Shown here one piece after another: positions 55,359 to 64,000 of a stretch of DNA of 64,000 nucleotides; within the stretch, counting starts at the first letter, position 1, and the number at the start of each line of letters is the position of its first letter. Below the pieces are notes generated by a model. The model was not told the DNA's origin and ran no database searches. It worked only from the letters and a program-made list of their open reading frames with translations. Source of the stretch: an uncultured Thermoleophilia bacterium (GTDB taxonomy: Bacteria > Actinomycetota > Thermoleophilia > UBA2241); assembly GCA_963715985.1 (NCBI GenBank), contig CAVQSP010000014.1:384001-448000 (forward strand). Direction: 5' to 3'. Both the position numbers and the translations under genes were made by a program.

Positions 55359-57373
55359 CGGCGGCGGTCGCCGCGACCGGCCGATCCGCACCGGTCGCCG
55401 CGACAAGCCCATCATCCAGCTGCCCTCTATCGCCCTGCGCGCCGCTGTCATCATCGGCCTCGCTCTGGTGCTGTTCGGCATCATCTTGTTCCGTCTCTGG
55501 TTCCTGCAGATCCTCAGCGGCGAGCAGTTCGAGGCGCAGGCCAACGACAACCGCCTGCGTTCGGTGAAGATCGTGGCGCCGCGCGGCAGCATCACGGACC
55601 GCAACGGCGAGGTCATCGTGGCCAACCGTCCCGGTCTGGCCGTCGGCATCCGCCTCATGGACGTCCCTGCAGACCAGCTCGACGGCGAGGTCGTGCAGCT
55701 CTCCCGCGTGCTCAAGATGAAGCCGGGCAAGATGCGCACGGAGATCGTCGACCACCTGCGCCCGAGCTGGCCGATCAGCGATCCGCCACTGCCTGTCGGC
55801 TGGTCCGCGGTGACGGCGGGCAAGGTCCCTTCTCTGGACCTGGTCGTCGTCAAGGAGGACGTGGACCGCAAGGTGGTCTCCTACCTCCTCGAGCACTCCC
55901 AGTCGTTCCCCGGCGTGGAGATCCAGAAGAGCTACCTGCGCGACTACGTCCACGGCGACCTGGCGGCGCACCTCCTCGGCAACATGGGCGAGGTCACCCG
56001 CGAGGAGCTCAAGATGCCGCGTTTCAAAGGGTATGCGGCCGGCGACGTGGTGGGCCAGGGCGGTCTGGAGTGGACCTACGACCGCTGGCTGCGCGGGCGC
56101 GACGGCGTGGCCAAGGTGGAGGTCGACGCGTTCGGCCGGCCCAAAGGCCACGACCCCGTGCCGGGCGGGCGTCTGCCCGAGCCCGGCGACACGCTGGTCA
56201 CCACGCTCGACGCCAAGGTGCAGGCGCGCGCCCAGGAGGCCCTGCAGTATGGCATCCACCTGGCGCAGACCGGCGGCTCCGTGGCCGCCAACGGCGGCGC
56301 GGCTGTGGTGCTCGACGCGAACAACGGCCAGGTGCTGGCCATGGCGAGCTACCCGACCTTCGACCCGGCCGAATGGGTGGGCGGCATCAGCAGGAAGGAC
56401 TACAAGAAGTACCGCGACCCCCACAACAACACACCGCTGCTGAACCGCGCCGATCCAGGAGTCCAAGGCCGTGGGGTCCACGTTCAAGCCCATCGACGCC
56501 ATCGCGGCGCTCGAAGAGGGCGTCATCACGCCGGGCACCTCGTTCTTCTGCCCCGGCAGCTACGTGGCACCCAACACGCTGGACAATCACAAGTTCCGCT
56601 GCTGGGCGCTTGATGGCCACGGTACCCTCGACCTGGTGCAGGCCATCACGCAGTCGTGTGACGTGTACTTCTACAACGTGGGCTACCTCTTCTATCAGCG
56701 CAAGGGCACCGAGCTGGAGGACTGGGCCATGCGCATGGGCATGGGCGAGCCGACGGGCATCGACGTCCCCGGTGAGGTCGCCGGACGCATCCCCACGCCC
56801 GAGTGGAAGCAATCGTACTTCGAGACCGAGATCGACAAGATCTGGAAGCCCGGCGACTCTATCCTCCTGGCCGTGGGCCAGGGCAACATGGAGGCCACGC
56901 CACTGCAGCTCGCCGTCAGCTACGCCGCCATCGCCAACGGCGGCAAGCTGGTCACGCCGCACATCGGCCTCAAAGTCGTGGACCCGCAGGGCGACACCGT
57001 GCGCACCCTGGGGACGGCCAAGCCGCGCAAGGTGGACATCTCGCAGGCTACGCTCGACACCGTTCGCACGGGTCTCGTGGACGCGGCCAACTCCGCGAGC
57101 GGCACATCGGGGGGCGTCTTCGGCGGGTATCCCGTCACGGTGGCGGGCAAGACCGGCACCGCCGAGGTCTACGACTCCTCCGTGATGCACAACGTGAACT
57201 ACGCCTGGTACGCCAGCTACGCGCCGGCCAACGACCCCAAGTACGTCGTCGTGGTCATGATCGAGAAGGGCGGGCACGGCGGCGCCACCGCGGCGCCCGC
57301 GGCCCGCCTCATCTACGACCAGCTCTTCGACCTCCAGAGCGACAGGTCCGGCGGGGTCACGAGGAGCGACTGA
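55330..57373 (+). CDS. mrdA: Penicillin-binding protein 2 (frameshift near 56450)
   Basis: RLWFLQI, APRG.I.DRNG, GSTFKP (SxxK), SCDVYFY and GKTGTAE motifs. Confidence 0.93.
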
Positions 57374-57376
57374 CGC

Positions 57377-58522
57377 GTGGATTGGCGCTCCTACCTGCGA
57401 CACCTGGACTACATCCTGCTGGCCGCCACGGCCGGGATCATCGCCTACGGCGTGTCGCTGGTGTACTTCGCGACGCGCCACGACATCGCCGGCCAGTCGC
57501 TGTACTACGTGGCGCAGCAGCTGCAGGCGATGGCCGTGGGCCTCGTCGCGGCCATCGCCATCACCATCCTGGACTACGAGCTCTACCGGCGCTTCCAGTG
57601 GCTCGTGTACGCGTTCGCGGTGTTCATCGTCGCGGCGGTGCTGCCGCTGGGTGAGGTCGTCAACGGCGCGCGGCGCTGGATCGACCTCAAGGTCACGAGC
57701 TTCCAGCCGTCGGCGCTGGTGCTTCTGCTCATCGCCCTTGCCATCGGCGCCTACCTCTCCGACCGCATGGACCTGCTGGGGGCCAAGCGCGTGACCGCCG
57801 TGGCCCTGGCCATGGCGGCCGTGCCCGCGTTCCTCGTCTACCAGGAGCCCGACTTCGGCTCCGCCATGGTCATCGTGGCGCTGACCCTGGGGATGCTCTA
57901 CTTCTACGGGACGCCGTGGACCCACTTCGCCGTGCTGGCCGGGGGCGCGGTCGGGGTCTTCGTGATCGCCCTGAAGGTCCTCCCCATGGCCGGCGTCCAC
58001 GTGATCCAGCAGTATCAGGTGGACCGGCTCTTCGTCTTCCTCAACGCCGGCGAGAACCCGAGCGGCTCCGGCTACAACATCATCCAGTCCATGATCGCCG
58101 TGGGGGCCGGGGCGCTCACCGGTCGCGGCGACCTGGCCACGCAGACTACGCTCGACTTCCTGCCGGAGCACCACACCGACTTCATCTTCGCGGTGCTCAG
58201 CGAGCGCAACGGGTTCCTGGGTGCCGTGCTGCTGCTGGCCCTCTACGGAGTCATCATCTGGCGCTGTCTGCGCATCGCCACACTGTCGCGCGACATGTAC
58301 GGAAGCATCCTTGCGGGGGGCATCGGCGTGATGATCTTGTTCCAGGTATTCGTGAACATCGGGATGACGATTGGTATCATGCCGGTAACGGGCATCCCGT
58401 TACCGTTCGTGAGCTACGGCGGCACCGCGATGATCGTGTTCCTGATGTTCGTCGGACTGCTGCAGGCCATCCACCTGCGCGCGACCGTCGAGCCCGGCGC
58501 CGGAGGGCCGCTTGTCCCATAG
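57377..58522 (+). CDS. rodA: Rod shape-determining protein RodA
   Basis: GARRWI, FQPS, EPDFGS, PEHHTDFIF and GIPLPFVSYGG motifs. Confidence 0.95.
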   Translation: MDWRSYLRHLDYILLAATAGIIAYGVSLVYFATRHDIAGQSLYYVAQQLQAMAVGLVAAIAITILDYELYRRFQWLVYAFAVFIVAAVLPLGEVVNGARRWIDLKVTSFQPSALVLLLIALAIGAYLSDRMDLLGAKRVTAVALAMAAVPAFLVYQEPDFGSAMVIVALTLGMLYFYGTPWTHFAVLAGGAVGVFVIALKVLPMAGVHVIQQYQVDRLFVFLNAGENPSGSGYNIIQSMIAVGAGALTGRGDLATQTTLDFLPEHHTDFIFAVLSERNGFLGAVLLLALYGVIIWRCLRIATLSRDMYGSILAGGIGVMILFQVFVNIGMTIGIMPVTGIPLPFVSYGGTAMIVFLMFVGLLQAIHLRATVEPGAGGPLVP

Positions 58523-59436
58523 CGTGAGCATCTCGAAGATCTACAAAGCCTTCACCGAGGCGCGCACCGACGAGGACCATATCGCGCGCCTCTGCGTGGT
58601 CGGGTGCGGAGCCCGAGCTGACGCGAGTCGTCGGTCACCTCTCGGCCGGGGCGGTCGACGGGCACGGCGGCGTGAGCGCCGCCCTCGACGCGCTCTCCCC
58701 GGCCGACTTCCCCCGTGACGCAGCGCTCGTCTCGCGCTGGGACATCGTCGTGGTCCTGGCCACCGGCGCCGACGCGGACGAGCTCGAGCCCGTGGTCGCG
58801 ACGGCGCGTGCCGGCGGCCGCCAGGTGGTGGCGCTGGTGCCGACGCCGCACGGGCCCTGGGCCGATGCCGCCGGCGTGACCGACGATGAGGTCGCTCACC
58901 ATCTGGCCGACGAACACGGGACCTCGCCCACGCTGGAGAACCGCATCGTGCACGCCGCGGGGGACGCGGGGGTGTCGCTGGCCGTCCAGCTGCCGTCGCT
59001 GCGCCGCGCGTACTGCGACCGCGTGGTGCTCGCCAACGCCACGCAGAACGCCGTGATCGGCGCCGTCGTCATCATCCCCGGCGCCGACATGCCCGCGATG
59101 ACGGCCAACCAGGTCCGCATGGTGCTCAAGATCGCCGCCGTCTACGGGGAGCAGGTGGGTCTCGACCGTGCCGTCGAGATCGCCTCCGTGGTCGGCACCG
59201 CTTTCGTGTTCCGCGCGCTCGCGCGCCAGGCGCTCGACTTCGTGCCCGGATTCGGCTGGGCCCTCAAGGGGGGCGTCGGCTTCGCGGCCACCGTAGCTCT
59301 GGGCGAGGCCGCCATCGCGTATTTCGAGGCTGGGGCGCCGCTCCAGGTCTCGCACATGCAAAGGATTAGTCAGCAACTTGAACGAGCACGCTCGAAGCTG
59401 CCGGGATTCCTGCAGCAAAGGATCGGCCCGAGATGA
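58512..59436 (+). CDS. DUF697-like membrane-associated protein (frameshifted)
   Basis: NAVIGAVVIIPGADMPAMTANQVRMVLKIAAVYG...PGFGWALKGG. Confidence 0.7.
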
Positions 59437-61160
59437 AGTAGAGAGGCTGCTGGCGCGCGTCACGCGCCCCGGGCGCTACGTGGGCGGCGAGTTCAACCTC
59501 CGCCTCAAGCCCGGCGCGAGACCGCGTATCGTACTGTCCTACCCGGACGTGTACGAGATCGGCATCTCCAATCCGGCTCTGCAGATCCTCTACACGCAGC
59601 TGAACGACGATACGTCTGCGGGGGCGGAGCGCGCCTACTGCCCGTGGCCGGACATGGCCGGGCTGATGCGCTCTGCCGGCGTCCCCCTCTGGACGCTCGA
59701 GAGCATGGAGCCGGTCGCCTCGTGCGACCTCTGGGGCTTCACGCTGCCGCACGAGCTCACGTACACCAACGTGCTGGAGATGCTCGACCTGGCCGGCGTC
59801 CCTCTCCACGCGGCGGAGCGGGGCGAGGGTGACCCCATCGTCCTGGGCGGCGGCCCCTCGGTGGCCGATCCGTGGCCGCTCGCTCCGTTCTTCGACGCGT
59901 TCTTCGTGGGCGAGGTCGAGCCCCGGCTCGCGGCCATCGTCGCGGCGCTGGACGCACCCACGCGTGCCGCCCGCCTGGCCGCCGTGGCGCAGGTGCCGGG
60001 CGTGTGGGCGCCGGGCCTGAGCGCCGGGCCGGCCTGCCGCCAGATCTTCATGGAGTTCTCGCGGACCCTCCCCGTCGTGCGACCCGTCGTCCCCGTGTTG
60101 GAGGCGGTCCACGACCGGGCCGTGGTGGAGGTCATGCGCGGGTGCACGGCCGGCTGCCGCTTCTGTCAGGCCGGCATGTGGTACCGGCCGGTGCGCGAGC
60201 GCCCGGTGGACCTTGTGGTGGAGGCGGCGGAGCGTCTCCTGGACGAGACAGGCTGTGACGAAGTCTCGCTGCTCTCGCTGAGCTCCTGCGACTACTCCGG
60301 GGTGGAGGAGGCGCTGACGCGCATCCGCAGGCTGCGCCCGGGCCTGCGCGTCTCTCTGCCGTCCCTGCGCATCGACTCGGCGGCGGACCAGCTGCGCAGC
60401 TTTGCGGAGGACCAGCGCGGCTCGGTCACGCTGGCGCCCGAGGCCGGCACCCAGGAGTTGCGTGACGCCATCAACAAGGGCGTGGACGAAGCGCAGTTCG
60501 AGGAGGCCGTGCGAGCGACGTTCTCAGGCGGTTTCACCGGCCTGAAGCTCTACTTCATGGCGGGGCTGCCCGGGGAGACGGACGCAGACGTGCTGGGCAT
60601 CGCCCGCATGACGGACACGGCCGCGCGGCTGTCGCGCGAGATCGCGCGCGGCCGCGCGCGGGTGTCGGTCTCGGTGTCGTCCTACGTGCCCAAGCCGCAC
60701 ACGCCGCACGAGCGTGAGCCGTTCGCCGGCGCGGACGTGCTGCGCCGCCGGCAGGCGCTGATCCGCGAGGCGATGCCGCGCGGCGTGCGCGTTGCCTTCC
60801 ACGACGTGGCCGCCTCCTGCGTGGAGGCGTATCTGGCCCGCGGCGGGGAGGGCAGCCACAGGCTGGTGGAGGAGGCTTGGCGGCGCGGGGCCCGCTTCGA
60901 CGGCTGGAGCGAGCACTTCCGCTGGGACGCGTGGGCGGACGCCGCAGCAGCGCTGAGTCTGGACCTCACCGCCGCCGGCGTGCCCGCGGCAGGCCCACTG
61001 CCCTGGAAGCTCGCGGTGGACAGCCGGTCTGGACCCGGACTTTCTGCTGGCGGAGGCCGAGCGCGGACGGCGCGGCGAGCTGACGCCGGACTGTCGCGAC
61101 GGGTCGTGCGCCGCCTGCGGCGTGTGCGCGGGCGACGTCCAGATGGACGTGCTCGCATGA
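59420..61160 (+). CDS. TIGR03960-family B12-binding radical SAM protein (start uncertain; frameshift near 61025)
   Basis: RPGRYVGGE, YPDVYEIGISN, RGCTAGCRFCQAG, APEAGT; C-terminal DCR...C..CGVC. Confidence 0.9.
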
Positions 61161-61838
61161 CCTGGTGGCTGCTGACGTTCGCCCGGTGCGGCCAGGCGCG
61201 GTACCTCTCGCACCTCGACACCTCGCGGGCGGTGATGCGCACGTTCGCGCGCGCCGGCGTCCCGCTGGCATTGTCCCAGGGTATGCGCCCCAAGCCGCGT
61301 CTGTCGCTGCCCCTGCCGCTGCCTGTGGGCGCGGCCGGCTGCGACGAGCTTGCCGTACTTGAAGTACCGGACGGCGCGCCGGCCGGGGCGGACGTGCTGC
61401 GGCGACTACAGGCGGCTGCGCCGCCTGGGCTGGAGCCGCGTGCGCGTCATCGTCGCCGGCGACCGGCACCCGCGACCGCAGGCGCTCGAGGCCGAGTACA
61501 GCTGCCTGCTGGAGGGGGACGCAGGCGCCGTCCTCGCGGCCGTCGAACGCTACAACGAGGAGTCCACGGTCGCGTGTGAGCGCGTCTCGCCCAAGGGCAG
61601 GCGCTCCCTGGACCTGAAGAGATATGTGGCTCACGTCACCGTCGTGCGGGAGGCGGGGGGAGCGCGCGTGCGCTTCGCCATCTGCAACCGTGACGACGGT
61701 TCGGCACGGCCACAGGAGTTCATCGACCTCGTCGCCGGTTGGGCGGGGGTCGTCGCGGCGATGCGCGATCTGCAACGCGGGCGCATCGTCTGGAAGGATC
61801 TGCCGCGGGGCGCTGCCCTGCGGCCGGAAGGAGTGTGA
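61157..61838 (+). CDS. TIGR03936-family radical SAM-associated protein (frameshift near 61440)
   Basis: ARYLSHLD...RAGVPLALSQG.RPKPRLS..PLPVG; GSARPQE. Confidence 0.85.
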
Positions 61839-61842
61839 CAAG

Positions 61843-64000
61843 GTGAGCCCAGCGAAGAAGGCGGCGACCGGCGGAGAGCCGGCCGAGCCGAAGCAGGGCC
61901 GGCCCGCGGATGAGGCGACACCTCGGGACGCGGCCGGGACGCCCACAGAGAACAGCGGCCCGGAGGCGGGCGCGCGGCGCCGCCGCGGGTCGCGCGGCGG
62001 ACGCGGGCGGCGCAAGTCGCCGCCGCAGGCCATGGCGGCACAGGGGCGCGCCGCGCAGGCCGCGGAGGCACAGGGGCGCGCCGCGCAGGTGGCGGACGCT
62101 CCTGGGGACGCCGCGAAGGACGCGCCGCCGCGGGCGGCGCGAGGAGGCGGTCAGGCACGTGGGCGCGGAGTCAAGTCACCGGCCGCACCCGTGGAGACCG
62201 CCTTCGCGCTGCCGACGGCTCCGCTCGTGCCCATCGCCGCATCAGACGCGGCAGCGCCGCCCGCGCCTGCGCGCGGGCCTGCGGCGCCGTCGGCGACGGA
62301 CGTCGCGGCCGAGCCGCCGGCGCCCTCCGGCGGCGCCTCCAAGAGCCGGCCGCGCCGGCGCGGGTCCCGCCGCCGCGGCGCCGGTGAGGGGGCGGCCGCG
62401 GAGCGTGAGGCGGTAGCGACAGGATCCGCGCAGGGGAGCGGCGAAGCCGCCGGCGGGCCGCCGCCTGCGGCCGGCCCTGCCCAGGCCTACAGGTCCGTGC
62501 CCGCCGTCGCGCGAGGCGCCGGAATCGGCATCGCCGGCGGCGTCTGCCGCGCGAGACGGCGAGAGCGCGGCCGCCGCTGCCGACACGGCCGAGGGCGAAG
62601 GCTCGTCCGCGCGCCGCCGCCACCGCGGCTCCCGCGGCGGCCGGCGCCGTCACAAGGCGGCCGACGCGGCCCATGACGAGGTCGTGCGCGAGGCCGAAGA
62701 AGCGGTCGGCGAGACCGTCGAGCCTCAGGAGGCCGAGGCCGCCCCTGAGGCGGCCGGTTCGGAAGAGGCAGGAGCGGCCGCCGACGGCGCCCTCGCGGCC
62801 AAGCGCCGCAAGCGCGGCACGCGCCGGCGCGGCGCCGCAGTCCGCGCCGATGGCGGCGCCGACGAGGCCGCGCCCGCCGACGAGGCCGCGCCGACGTCCT
62901 CCCAGACCCGGACCGCGCCGGCCAAGGAGTCCGCGCGCGGCACGCGCACGCGGACGCGCGATCGTCGCCGGCCCAAGGCCATCGTCCGCCAGGACGAGGG
63001 CAGCGGCCTGGACACCACGGTGGCCGCGACACCGGTGAAGCGCTCCGAGGTCGCCGTGGAGCAGCCCAAGCGCAAGCTCATCCTCGTCTCTGACGACGGC
63101 CAGGAGCTGCGCGTGGCGCTGGTCGAGGACGGGCGCCTGGCGGAGATCTACATCGAGCGCCCGGACAAGAAGTCGTACCTGGGCGACATCTACCAGGGCA
63201 AGGTGGAGAACGTGCTCGGCGGCATCGACGCCGCCTTCGTGGACTTCGGCCTGGAGAAGAACGGCTTCCTCTACGTGGACGAGGTCACGGCGCCGGAGGG
63301 CGAGAAGCGCGCCCGGCGCATCGGCGACGCGCTCAAGAACGGCCAGCAGGTGCTGGTGCAGGTGACCAAGGACCCCATGGGCAGCAAGGGCGCGCGGTTG
63401 AGCACCAAGATCTCGCTGGCCGGCCGCTACCTGGTGTACGTGCCGGGCGGCAGCGGCGTGGGCGTGTCCCGGCGGCTCGGGCAGAGCGAACGCGACCGCC
63501 TGCGCGACATCTCCAAGGAGCTCAAGCCCAAGGACGCCGGCCTCATCGTGCGCACCATCGCCGAGGGCCACGGGCTCGAGGACCTCAAGCGCGACCTGCG
63601 CTACCTCGCGCGTCTGTGGTCGCGCCTCAAGAAGAAGTCCGAGACGGTCAAGGCGCCGGGGCTCGTGCACAAGGAGGTGGACATCTCCATCGAGGTGGCC
63701 CGTGACCTCTTCAACGACACCTGCGAGAGCCTCATCGTGGACGATGTGAAGCGGCACAAGGCCATCGTCTCCTTCCTCGACAAGGAGGCGCCCGAGCTGC
63801 TTCCCAAGGTGCATCAGCACACGGGCGCGGAGCCGCTCTTCGAGGCGTACGGCATCGAGGACCAGATCGCCAAGGCGCTGGAGCGGCGCGTGCCGCTGCC
63901 CAGCGGCGGCAACCTCGTCATCGACCACGCCGAAGCCCTCACCGTGATCGACGTCAACACCGGTCGCTTCACGCGCGGCAAGGGCCTCGAGGACACCATC
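61843..64000 (+). CDS. rne: Ribonuclease E/G with long low-complexity N-terminal extension (runs off the window; indels)
   Basis: From about 63070: LRVALVEDGRLAEIYIE, GDIYQGKVENVLGGIDAAFVDFG, VQVTKDPMGSKGARLS and IDVNTGRF. Confidence 0.92.

Noticed and set aside
62031-62090. Short tandem repeat (GGCACAGGGGCGCGCCGCGCAGG x2) in the rne 5' region
   Set aside because: It is a low-complexity duplication within the disordered N-terminal extension typical of actinobacterial RNase E/G.

Overview
A 64-kb chromosomal window from a very GC-rich bacterium. The Actinobacteriota-type SOS boxes, DUF6214-like regulator and mreBCD-pbp2-rodA operon suggest Thermoleophilia or a relative (inference). Many single-base indels break even essential genes, which points to an unpolished long-read assembly, so frameshifted genes are reported as single loci. 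Left to right: (1) a cluster of secreted proteins (a surface/S-layer-like protein, a papain-family protease and a matrixin) that all end in the same Pro/Thr linker plus a basic Ig-like C-terminal domain; (2) an ornithine racemase - cPGS-like/ArcE arginine synthetase - ornithine carbamoyltransferase cluster; (3) two protein O-mannosyltransferase-like genes flanking an MFS gene, satP, a secreted protein with a TNT-like C-terminus, and hutI-ftcD; (4) a lexA operon with two SOS boxes, then tRNA-Pro, tRNA-Gly and tRNA-Arg; (5) a 9.5-kb phage satellite-like island in tRNA-Arg(TCT), bounded by 42-bp att repeats, with integrase, regulators, RepA-like helicase plus iteron origin, HK97-type capsid, HNH and TerS, but no TerL, portal, protease or tail; (6) an IS256 remnant, an internally deleted group II intron, and two more copies of the surface-protein gene that are mosaics relative to copy 1; (7) a core backbone: B12-binding protein with ABC exporter, tRNA-His/Leu, tig-clpP-clpX-lon, valS-folC, ndk-maf-mreBCD-mrdA-rodA, a radical SAM pair and rne/rng. 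The best novelty candidates are the capsid-encoding satellite, the mosaic surface-protein locus and the shared C-terminal domain.
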